Shown here: positions 9,719 through 18,186 of the stretch, piece after piece
Position numbering within the stretch: the first letter of the stretch is position 1
How the letters are laid out: each line of letters opens with the position of its first letter
NCBI GenBank assembly: GCA_963770895.1
Contig: CAVYRF010000001.1
Location: 1,856,001-1,920,000, forward strand
DNA: 64,000 nt
Origin: an uncultured Acidobacteriota bacterium
GTDB lineage: Bacteria > Acidobacteriota > Thermoanaerobaculia > Multivoradales > UBA5704
Direction: 5' to 3'
Made by a program: the position numbers and the translations under genes
Notes under the pieces: model-generated
Seen by the model: only the letters and a program-made list of their open reading frames with translations
Database searches by the model: none
What the model was told of the DNA's origin: nothing

Positions 9719-11356
9719 TCAGGGTCTGGTGGGCGGCCGGCTGGCAGTGGTGGTGGGGCCGGCGGTGGGCAGGGGTAGAGCCCACAGCCTGCGGCCGTGG
9801 ACGCCGTCGTCGGCGGTCCAGTAGAGGTGATCGCCGGCGACGGTGAGCGAGTCGGGGCGCGAGGAGCCGGGGCCCGGCTGGATGTCCTGCACCAGGCGGG
9901 TGCCGGCCGCGGTGCCGTCGCTCTGCCACAGCTCGGTGCCGTGCAGCGGCTCGCCGGCGGCGAAAAAGACCAGGCCGCGGGCGGCAACCAGCCCCACCGG
10001 GTCCGCCGAGCGCGCGCCGCGGGCGATGTCGAGTACCAGCGCCGTGCCGGCGACCGAGCCGTCGGTCCGCCACAGCTCGGTGCCGTGGGCATCGTCGTGG
10101 GCGGCGAACAGCAGGGCGCCGCCGGGCGCCGTGAAGGCCGGCGGGATCCGCGGCGCCTGCCGGACCTGGAGCGGCGCGACCATCCCCAGCAGCGTGGTGC
10201 CGGCCGCCGTGCCGTCGGAGCGGAAGAGCCCGCGTTGCCGGCCGCGGCCGGTGCCGGCGAAAAACAGCAGCGAATCGCCGAACGCGAACAGGTCGGAGGG
10301 ATCGCCGTGGATGGCCCAGGGTGACGAGCGCTCGACCGGTGTTGCCTGCGGTGCCGCCGGCGCCGATGCCGTCGATGACGATGCCGCGGACGGCACTGAT
10401 GCTGCCATCGACGCTGCCAATGCCGCCGACGTCCCGGCCGCCCCGCGCGCAGCAGCAGCCCCCGCTGTCCCAGCCGCTGCCGGAAAAGCCGCCATGGTGC
10501 CGGCGGCGGTGCCGTCGGTCTGCCACAGCTCTCGCTGGAGGGTGAAGTAGACCCGCCCGGCGGCGGGGACGATCTCCGCGAAATCGTCGGAGTAGGCCTG
10601 GGTGCTGGTCAGCCGGCGGGTGCCGGCGCCGGTGCCGTCGGTGACCCAGAGGGCGTAGCTGCCCGCCGGGCCCGCCTCGCAGCCGACGAAATAGAGCTGC
10701 GATCCGGCGGGCGTCAGGTCCCCGACGTCGAACCATGCCGGCAGACCGGGAAGCCGCGCGGTGCCGGCGGCGGTGCCGTCGCTGCGGTAGATCGCATGGA
10801 GGCCGCCGCCACGGGGGAAGTTGGCGACAAAGAACAGCTTGCCGCGGAAGGCGACCATGTCCGTGAACAGATCCGGGTGCTCCACCACCTGCCGCGTGCC
10901 GGCGACGGTGCCGTCGGTGCGCCACAACCGGGTGTCGGCAATGTACAGGATCCCATCGATCTCAACCGGAGCCATCCCGTAGGTGGCCGTCAGGGGCAGC
11001 GGCTGGGGCACCGTCTTGCTGGCGCCGTGGACGCCGAGCGCAAACACGGCGTTGTCGCCGGTCGAATAGAGGATCCCGCCGCCATAGGCGGCGATGATGC
11101 GGAAAACCGGACCGTGCGCGTCCGCGTCCGGCAGCGCGACCGTATGCGGACCGCCGCCGGCCGCGGCTTGAGCATCGGACTTCGCCGTCGCCGTCGCCGT
11201 CGTCGTCGTCGGTGCCGGTGGCGGCGCCGCTCCGGCCGGGGCCGCCATGGCAACGCCCGCCACCACCAGCAGGCCCGCCGCCAGGATGCTGCCGTTCAGG
11301 CGGCCGCGCTGGCCGATGCGCTCGCCTTTCGTGCCGCTGTTGCCGCTCGTGCCCAC
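9719..11356 (-). CDS. Secreted ELWxxDGT-repeat beta-propeller protein
   Basis: C-terminal part of track ORF 9719..13081. GTG at 11356 follows GGGAGAG; signal-like segment; seven repeats such as LWRTDGTVAGT, ELWRTDGSVAGT, ELWQSDGTAAGT. Confidence 0.85.
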   Translation of the reverse strand: MGTSGNSGTKGERIGQRGRLNGSILAAGLLVVAGVAMAAPAGAAPPPAPTTTTATATAKSDAQAAAGGGPHTVALPDADAHGPVFRIIAAYGGGILYSTGDNAVFALGVHGASKTVPQPLPLTATYGMAPVEIDGILYIADTRLWRTDGTVAGTRQVVEHPDLFTDMVAFRGKLFFVANFPRGGGLHAIYRSDGTAAGTARLPGLPAWFDVGDLTPAGSQLYFVGCEAGPAGSYALWVTDGTGAGTRRLTSTQAYSDDFAEIVPAAGRVYFTLQRELWQTDGTAAGTMAAFPAAAGTAGAAAARGAAGTSAALAASMAASVPSAASSSTASAPAAPQATPVERSSPWAIHGDPSDLFAFGDSLLFFAGTGRGRQRGLFRSDGTAAGTTLLGMVAPLQVRQAPRIPPAFTAPGGALLFAAHDDAHGTELWRTDGSVAGTALVLDIARGARSADPVGLVAARGLVFFAAGEPLHGTELWQSDGTAAGTRLVQDIQPGPGSSRPDSLTVAGDHLYWTADDGVHGRRLWALPLPTAGPTTTASRPPTRP

Positions 11357-11397
11357 TGTGCTCTCCCGGCCGCCGCGCGCCGGCTGCCGTCGCGGCG

Positions 11398-12285
11398 CTA
11401 CCACCGGTGCTGGGTGAGCGGGGAGGTGCCGGCCAGGGGGAGGTGCTCGTGCTCGACGCGCTCGCCGACGGATTTGACGGCGACGCGGCCGGGGCCGGTG
11501 AGGCAGAGCCAGAGGTGCCGCAGGTTGGCGGTGGAGGTGAAGAAGCTGACGTTGCTGGCGCCGCGCGGGACCTCCATGTGGAGGTGCATGGCGACCGCGG
11601 GGTCCTTGAAGACCAGGGCGGAAGGCTTGACCAGGATGGTCTGGCCGGCGGCCAGGCGGCGGACGAAGACGTTGCCCGCGGCGTGCAGCAGCAGCAGCCC
11701 GGGCGCCGCGGCGCAGCCGAACCGGTCCATGGCGAAGCCGATCGGATAGATCGTTTCGCGGTCGTTGCCATTGCGCACGTTGAACCAGATGCCGGGGTTG
11801 AACCAGTCGTAGCCGACCTGACCGGTGGCGACCATGAACAGCCCTTCGCGCACGTCCACCACCTGGCCGGTCTGCAGCGGCAACGCGATCAGCTCGCCCG
11901 GCGCGTCGTGCGAAAAGGCGATGTGGCCGGGGCCGCCGGCCTGGGTCATGATCAGCGGCATGCCGGCCATCAGACGCTTCCAGCCGCCGCGCATCGACAT
12001 CGCCGCCATCTGCACCCGCGGCTCCTTCCACAGCAGCACGTGATGCGAGAAATAGACGCTGTCGCCCGCCGCCAGCGCCATGTCGGCGACCGGCACGAAG
12101 GCGCCTTCGATCTGGCAGTAGGAGTGGCCGAACTGCAGCTTGGCCATGTCTTTGCGGCCGGGCAGCTGCACCCAGCCCGATTCGCTGACCAGCGCCGCCA
12201 GGTCCACCTGGGCGCCGCAGCTGGGGCACGACAGGTCGGCCGCGGTGACCGCGGTGCCGCACCAGCTGCAGGTCGCGCTTGCCAT
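11398..12285 (-). CDS. AIM24 (DUF124) family protein with N-terminal Zn ribbon
   Basis: CSWC...CPSC N-terminus; GPGHIAFSHDAPGE, GLLLLHAAGN, LTGPGRVAVKS. Confidence 0.8.
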   Translation of the reverse strand: MASATCSWCGTAVTAADLSCPSCGAQVDLAALVSESGWVQLPGRKDMAKLQFGHSYCQIEGAFVPVADMALAAGDSVYFSHHVLLWKEPRVQMAAMSMRGGWKRLMAGMPLIMTQAGGPGHIAFSHDAPGELIALPLQTGQVVDVREGLFMVATGQVGYDWFNPGIWFNVRNGNDRETIYPIGFAMDRFGCAAAPGLLLLHAAGNVFVRRLAAGQTILVKPSALVFKDPAVAMHLHMEVPRGASNVSFFTSTANLRHLWLCLTGPGRVAVKSVGERVEHEHLPLAGTSPLTQHRW

Positions 12286-12300
12286 GGGCGTGCCGGGCTG

Positions 12301-13134
12301 CTACTCGGTGTTGTGGTGGACGTACATCGATTGAATGCCGACGCGGCCGGGGCCGGTCACCTTGGCCAGGTTCATGCCGGTGCCGCCGAACAGGCCGGTC
12401 GTGAGCTTCTGCGTCTCCACGTCCATGGTCACCGTGGAATCCTTGTAGAGGAACGCGCCGGGTTCGAGCTGCAGGCTTTCTCCCGGCTTGAGGGTGCGTT
12501 CGAAGACGTTGCCGTAGCCGTGCAGGATGAGCAGGCCGGGGGCGTCGCCGGTGACGAAGCGGTCCATGAACATCCCCTGGCCGCCGAACAGGATGTTGCG
12601 CAGCCCCTTGATGCGGACGTACGAGTAGCTGATGTGGTGCGAGGCCAGCAGGAAGGCGTGCTCGCGCACGTCCATCTCCATGCCGGGATGCAGCGGCAGC
12701 AGCACCAGCTCGCCGGTCGCGTCGCGCGAAAAGGCGATGCGTCCCGGCCCCTGCGCGACGCTGATGATGAACGGCATGCCGGCCAGGGCGCGCTTGATGC
12801 CGCCCTGCAGCTGCATGGCGGACAGCGGCACCGCGCCGTCCTTCCACAGCATCACGTGGTGCTCGAAGTAGATCCAGTCGCCGGCGCCCAGGTTGATCTC
12901 GGCGACCGGCACCACCTCGCCTTCGACCTGGCAGGTGCTCTGGCCGAACTGCACCTCGGTCATGTCGCGGATGCGCGGCGCTTCGCGCCAGCCCGAGTCG
13001 CTGACCAGGTTGCGCACGTCGAGCGGCGCGCCGCAGGACCGGCAGGCGGTGGCGCTGACCAGGTTCTGGCTTTGGCACCACTGGCAGACGATCCGCTGGG
13101 CCGGATCGCCCCCGGAATACGGCGCATCGCTCAT
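12301..13134 (-). CDS. AIM24 (DUF124) family protein with N-terminal Zn ribbon (paralog of neighbour)
   Basis: Start set at MSDAPY; CQWC...CRSC; GPGRIAFS, FGGQGMFMDRF, VTGPGRVGIQSM. Confidence 0.85.
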   Translation of the reverse strand: MSDAPYSGGDPAQRIVCQWCQSQNLVSATACRSCGAPLDVRNLVSDSGWREAPRIRDMTEVQFGQSTCQVEGEVVPVAEINLGAGDWIYFEHHVMLWKDGAVPLSAMQLQGGIKRALAGMPFIISVAQGPGRIAFSRDATGELVLLPLHPGMEMDVREHAFLLASHHISYSYVRIKGLRNILFGGQGMFMDRFVTGDAPGLLILHGYGNVFERTLKPGESLQLEPGAFLYKDSTVTMDVETQKLTTGLFGGTGMNLAKVTGPGRVGIQSMYVHHNTE

Positions 13135-13285
13135 CGGGCTTGCCTCGGACGGCTGGGCCGTGGAAAGGGTGGCCGCGGCGCGGCCTGCCGGCGTGGCCGG
13201 CCGTAGCACAGGGGGGAGGGCTCGATCGGGTTCGGCATGCGGCGCCCCAAGCATATACCGAGCAGGGTGGCGCCCCCCCTGGCGG

Positions 13286-15031
13286 CTACTCCTGCCGCGA
13301 CGCGCCGTCCACGGTGCCGGCGAGCGGCGAATCGGAGCCGTCGGGGCGCGGCGCGCGCTCGCCGGTGCCGTCGTTGGCGGGGCCGGCGGGGATGGCTTCG
13401 GCGCGCAGCTCGATGCCGGGGATGCGGCGCAGTTGGGCGGGCGCCGACGCCGCGTCCAGCACCACCACGCGGTAGCCGGCGTCGAGCAGCCGGCGCGCCT
13501 GCGCCGGCGTCGGCAGCTCGGCGTAGGCGGCCGGATACGGGGTGTAGAACATGGCCTCGATCGGCCGGTCGAGGTGAAACAGCACCACCGGCCCCGGCCC
13601 CAACCGCGCCGGCAGCGCGCGCAGCGCCCTCGCCCACGGCGGGTTGCGGTCGTAGGTGGCGCGGATCTTCAGGCGTTCCACCGTGTAGCGCAGCGGCAGC
13701 AGCGGCAGCAGCACCAGCAGCAGCCAGCGCCCGCCCGCCGCGGCCCACCTGCCGGCCGCCGGCCTGACCGGGGCCGGGATCGGGGGAGCCTGACGCCCTG
13801 GCACCGGTTCCCCTGCGGCGTCGGTGCGGCCTGCGGCCTGCGGCCGGCGGTCGCACAGCCACACCCAGGAGCTGGCCTGGATGATGAAGAGCGCCGGCGC
13901 GGCGATCATCACGTAGCCGCCCAGCTTGGTCGCGGCGATCGAGAAGGCGGCGTAGGGGAGCAGCAGCCAGACCGCCAGCGCCGCCCGCGCCGCCGGCCGC
14001 GGCGGCTGGTCGTCGCCCCACAGCGCCCGCCAGCGCGGCACCAGGCTCAACAGGAACCACGCGACGGGCACCCAGATCAGCTCGCCGAAGAAGCGCGGCA
14101 TGCGCAGCAGGTGGTACCACGGCGGGCCGCCCAGGCCTTCGATCGGCACCAGCAGGTGCTGGCTGTTGTACGCCGCTTCCCAACTGGACTCCAGCGGGAA
14201 GGCGGCGCGGCAGTAGAGCTGCCAGGGCAGCGCCACGGCCGCACAGCACGCCGCCAGCAGCGCCAGGCCCAGCGCCACCCGCCGCGGCCGCTCGCGGCGC
14301 CACACCAGCGCCAGCCACACCGCCGCCGGCAGCAGGCCGGGCAGCCACTTGGCGAGCACCGCCAGGCCGCAGGCCGCGCCCACCGCCGCCGTCCAGCCCC
14401 ACCAGCTCCGGCCGCCGGGCGGATCCTCTGCGGCGCCGCGGCGGCCGCGCGCCTGCAGCACGGCACAGCAGATCCCCAGCTCGACGCAGAACAGCAGTGC
14501 GGTGTCCACGTGATCCACCGCCACGCGGCCGCCGGGGAGCTGCAGCAGGTAGCCGTTGACGGCCTGGAAGGCGGCGGCCAGGAGGCCGGTGCGCGTGCCG
14601 CGCAGGGCGGCGCCGATCACGTAGGTCAGGAAGATGGCCAGCGTCGACAGCAGCAGGCTGGGCAGGCGCATCGCGATCTCGTCGGTGCCCAGCAGCCGCA
14701 TGGCGGCCGCCATCAGCCACAGGGCGAGCGGCGGCTTGTGGAGCCAGATGTGGTTGTGGCGCCAGTCGCGGTAGTCGTAGGGCAGCAGCGGGTGATCGTA
14801 GAGGGTGGGGAGCAGCGGGTGCTCGACCAGGTGCTTCGCCACCAGGGCGTGGTAGCGCTCGTCCCAGGTGTGCAGAAACAGGTCGCAGCCGGCGTACATG
14901 CGCAGCGCGAGGCCGGCGCCGACGATGGCAGCAGCGGCGGCCAGGGGGTGGCCGCCGCGCCAGGCGCGATAGGCGACGAAGAAAAGCAGGCCGGCGGCGC
15001 TCAGCGCCGCCAGACCCCAAGCCAGGTTCAG
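13286..15031 (-). CDS. ArnT/PMT-like GT-C membrane glycosyltransferase (family 39/83)
   Basis: WDERYHALVA, HKPPLALW, AMRLPS, GLAVLAK and many TM segments; start extended to a CTG at 15031 preceded by GGAGG. Confidence 0.82.
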   Translation of the reverse strand: MNLAWGLAALSAAGLLFFVAYRAWRGGHPLAAAAAIVGAGLALRMYAGCDLFLHTWDERYHALVAKHLVEHPLLPTLYDHPLLPYDYRDWRHNHIWLHKPPLALWLMAAAMRLLGTDEIAMRLPSLLLSTLAIFLTYVIGAALRGTRTGLLAAAFQAVNGYLLQLPGGRVAVDHVDTALLFCVELGICCAVLQARGRRGAAEDPPGGRSWWGWTAAVGAACGLAVLAKWLPGLLPAAVWLALVWRRERPRRVALGLALLAACCAAVALPWQLYCRAAFPLESSWEAAYNSQHLLVPIEGLGGPPWYHLLRMPRFFGELIWVPVAWFLLSLVPRWRALWGDDQPPRPAARAALAVWLLLPYAAFSIAATKLGGYVMIAAPALFIIQASSWVWLCDRRPQAAGRTDAAGEPVPGRQAPPIPAPVRPAAGRWAAAGGRWLLLVLLPLLPLRYTVERLKIRATYDRNPPWARALRALPARLGPGPVVLFHLDRPIEAMFYTPYPAAYAELPTPAQARRLLDAGYRVVVLDAASAPAQLRRIPGIELRAEAIPAGPANDGTGERAPRPDGSDSPLAGTVDGASRQE

Positions 15032-15207
15032 GGGTCGGGTCCTCCCGGTGATGCCGGCGCCGGGAGCCTAGCAGAGGCGCTCCTCGGGCGGCCAGCGCAT
15101 CCAGTTGCGCGGCAACCAGCTTTTACTAATCTGAAACAAGGAGTGCTGCGTAATACCTCCAGGTAGTACTCTTACGGGGCGAAGAGATCGCGCATCCGAG
15201 GTGCTGT

Positions 15208-18111
15208 ATGGATCGTGCCAGTGGGTATCGAGCTGAGCAGGCCAACGTTCGGACCTTCGATCGCAACGGCGTGCCGCGGTCACGAACTGCCGACGCCAGG
15301 CGCGCCAGGCCCGCGACTGCCGCGGCTGCCGCGGAGCTTGCGGCGCTGGCCGCGCCGGCGGCGCTCGACGCCCTGGGCGACCCGTTCTTCCTCCTCGATC
15401 GCGACTTTCGACTGACGTATGTCAATGCGGCGGCGGCGACCTACGCCGGCGTGCGCCGCTCCGAGCTGCTCGGCAAGCTGATCTGGGAGGTGTTCGCCGG
15501 CCGCCTGGACGAAGCGGTCAAGCAGGGCCTGCGCCAGGCGATGAGCGAGCGCGTGCAGCTCGACCTGGAGGACTTCGATCCGCTGCTGGCGCGCTGGTAC
15601 CGCCTGCGCGTCTATCCGGTGGACGCGGCCAGCCCGACCGACGCCGCCGGCACCCTCGGCACCGCCGGCGGGGCGGCCGCGGCAGGCGCGGCCACCCCGG
15701 CAACCGCGGCGACCGCGGCAGCCAGCGGCGGCCTCGCCGTGCTGGCCATCGCCAACACCGAGCGCAAGCGCGCCGAACAGGCGACGGCGGTGCTCGCCGC
15801 CGCCAGCCGCCTGCTGACCGGCCTGGCGGATGCGCCGGCGACGATCAACAGCATCGCCCGGCTGGCCGTGCCGCACCTGGCCGACTGGTGCACCGTCGAC
15901 GTGCTGGCGGCCCAGGGCGAGCTGCGCAAGGTGGCGGTGGCGCACCAGGACCCGGCCAAGGTGGAGCTGGCGCGTGAGATCGAGATGCGCTACCCGCCCA
16001 ACGCCCGCTCGGCGGGCATCGCCTGGGTGCTTTCGAGCGGTGAATCGCTGCTGCAGTCCGAGATCACCGACGACGGGCTGCGCGCCTTCGCCGTCGACGC
16101 CGAGCACCTGCGCCTGCTGCGCTCGCTGGGGTTGCGCTCGACCATGCTGGTGCCGCTGCTGGCGCGCGGGCACGTGCTGGGCATCATGGTTTTCATCGCC
16201 GCCGAGTCGGGGCGGATCTATACCCCCGAGGATCTGCACGTCGCCGAGGAGCTGGCGCACCGCGCCGCCCTGGCGCTCGACAACGCGCGGCTCTACGCCG
16301 AGGCGCGCCGCATCGTGCAGGTCTGCCCGGTGGGCATCGTCGTCGGCGACCGCACCGGCCGCATCCAGGATGCCAACGAGTCGCTGGCCCGCCTGCTCGG
16401 CTGGAGCCGCGACGAGCTGCTGGCCGGCGACATCAGCTGGCGCGAGCTGACGGCCGCCGGGCACCGCCACCTGGATCTGTCGGACGTCCACGGCGACATC
16501 GCCGGCGGCGACAGCCGCCTGCTGATCGAAAAGGACTACGTGACGCGAGACGGCAGGCACCTGCCGGCACTGGCGGGCACGGCGCGTCTGACCGGTTGCG
16601 GCGATTCGTTCATCACCTTCGTGCTCGACATGACCGAGCGCCGGCGGGTCGAAAGGAACCTGGCGCAGCTGTGGCGCCGCGAGCAGGAGGCGCGGGCGCG
16701 CTGCTACGACGCCGAGCACCGGGCGCGCACCGACGCCGAAGCGGCGAGCCGCGCCAAGGACGAGTTCCTGGCCATGTTGAGCCACGAGCTGCGCAACCCG
16801 CTGGCGCCCATCCTGGCCTCCGTCGCGATCCTCCGCCATCGCCACCGGGAGGGTTCGCGCGACGGCGCCTCGCTCGCCATGATCGACCGCCAGGCACGCC
16901 ACATGTCGCGGCTGGTGGACGACCTGCTCGACGTGTCGCGGATCGCCAGCGGCAAGCTGGAGCTGCGGCGTCAGGCCGTCGATCTGGGGGAGGTGGTGCG
17001 CCGCGCCCAGGAAACCTGCCAGGCGCTGTTCGACGCCGGCGGCCAGCGGCTGAAGCTCGATCTGCCGGCCGCCCCGGTGCGCCTCTTTGCCGATCCGGCG
17101 CGCCTGGAGCAGCTGCTGTCCAACCTGCTCAACAACGCGGCAAAGTTCACCGGCACGGCGGGGGACGTCACTGTCGACGTGCGCGTGGAGGCGGAGGGCG
17201 GCGGCACCGTCGCGGCCAGCGCCGCCGCCACCGCCGCCGCCGATGCGAGCGGCGGTGGCCCTGGCAGCGGCGGCGGCGGTGGCGGGCGGGCGGTGGTGCG
17301 GGTGCGCGACAACGGCATCGGCATCCCGGCGCCGATGCTGCCCCATATCTTCGACGCGTTCTACCAGGGAGGAGGGTCGATGGTCCGCTCGGGCGAGGGC
17401 CTGGGCCTGGGCTTGACCCTTGTCAAGCGCCTGGTCGAGCTGCACGGCGGCACGGTCGAGGCGATCTCCGAAGGGCCGGGCCGCGGCACCGAGATCGTGG
17501 TGCGGCTGCCGCTGCCGTTTCCCGCCTTCGCGGCGCCGGTGGCGGCGGCGCCCGACCTGGGCCGGCCGGCGATCCTGGCCGGCCGCCGGAGCCGCGACGC
17601 CGGCGCGCGGCGGACGGCGGCGGATGCGCCGCCTGCCGCTGCCGGCACCCCCGGCCTCCGCCCCGGCCCCGGCCTTGCTGTGTCACCGCCGCCGCACCGC
17701 CGGGCCAGCGACCGCCGCCGCCTGGGCCGCGGCCGCCGCCCGCGCCCGCTGCGCCTGCTGGTCGTCGAGGACCACCTGGATGCCGGCACGGCGCTGACCG
17801 ACCTGCTGCGCCTGTGGGGCCACCAGGTCGAACACGCCGTCGACGGTCCGGCGGCGCTCGCCGCGGTGGACTGCTGGCAGCCCGACGCGGTGCTGCTCGA
17901 CCTGGGTCTGCCGGGTTGCGACGGCTACGAGGTGGCCCGCCGCCTCGGCGAGCGCGGCGCGCAGCCGCCGGCCCTGGTGGTTGCCGTCAGCGGCTACGGT
18001 CAGCCGCAGGACCGCGACCGCGCCCGCCAGGCCGGCATCCACCGTCATCTGACCAAGCCGGTCGATCTGGAGGCTCTGCGCAGCCTGCTGGACGGCCTGC
18101 CCTGCGCCTGA
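15208..18111 (+). CDS. Hybrid sensor histidine kinase (PAS-GAF-PAS-HisKA-HATPase-REC)
   Basis: AKDEFLAMLSHELRNPL (H box), NLLNNAAKF, DNGIGI, GLGLGL, receiver LLVVED...LLDLGLP...LTKPVD. Confidence 0.93.
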   Translation: MDRASGYRAEQANVRTFDRNGVPRSRTADARRARPATAAAAAELAALAAPAALDALGDPFFLLDRDFRLTYVNAAAATYAGVRRSELLGKLIWEVFAGRLDEAVKQGLRQAMSERVQLDLEDFDPLLARWYRLRVYPVDAASPTDAAGTLGTAGGAAAAGAATPATAATAAASGGLAVLAIANTERKRAEQATAVLAAASRLLTGLADAPATINSIARLAVPHLADWCTVDVLAAQGELRKVAVAHQDPAKVELAREIEMRYPPNARSAGIAWVLSSGESLLQSEITDDGLRAFAVDAEHLRLLRSLGLRSTMLVPLLARGHVLGIMVFIAAESGRIYTPEDLHVAEELAHRAALALDNARLYAEARRIVQVCPVGIVVGDRTGRIQDANESLARLLGWSRDELLAGDISWRELTAAGHRHLDLSDVHGDIAGGDSRLLIEKDYVTRDGRHLPALAGTARLTGCGDSFITFVLDMTERRRVERNLAQLWRREQEARARCYDAEHRARTDAEAASRAKDEFLAMLSHELRNPLAPILASVAILRHRHREGSRDGASLAMIDRQARHMSRLVDDLLDVSRIASGKLELRRQAVDLGEVVRRAQETCQALFDAGGQRLKLDLPAAPVRLFADPARLEQLLSNLLNNAAKFTGTAGDVTVDVRVEAEGGGTVAASAAATAAADASGGGPGSGGGGGGRAVVRVRDNGIGIPAPMLPHIFDAFYQGGGSMVRSGEGLGLGLTLVKRLVELHGGTVEAISEGPGRGTEIVVRLPLPFPAFAAPVAAAPDLGRPAILAGRRSRDAGARRTAADAPPAAAGTPGLRPGPGLAVSPPPHRRASDRRRLGRGRRPRPLRLLVVEDHLDAGTALTDLLRLWGHQVEHAVDGPAALAAVDCWQPDAVLLDLGLPGCDGYEVARRLGERGAQPPALVVAVSGYGQPQDRDRARQAGIHRHLTKPVDLEALRSLLDGLPCA

Positions 18112-18186
18112 CAGCCGCCAAACACATCCCGCCTTCCCCTCCCGGGCGCCGCCAACCGGCGCCCGGCACCCCTCCGGCCGGGGCTC

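Noticed and set aside
9860-10930. Recurring GGTGCCGTCGG-like DNA motifs as a possible CRISPR or repeat array
   Set aside because: Degenerate, irregularly spaced and explained by the ELWxxDGT protein repeats; no cas genes.
11357-13081. Apparent 1120-aa ELWxxDGT protein with a long N-terminus
   Set aside because: The extension is an Arg-rich alternative frame over the two AIM24 genes; a ribosome-binding site and signal peptide appear at 11356.
17695-17745. RRASDRRR in the kinase linker as a c-di-GMP-binding RxxxR motif
   Set aside because: Lies in an Arg-rich low-complexity GC linker with no PilZ domain; likely chance.
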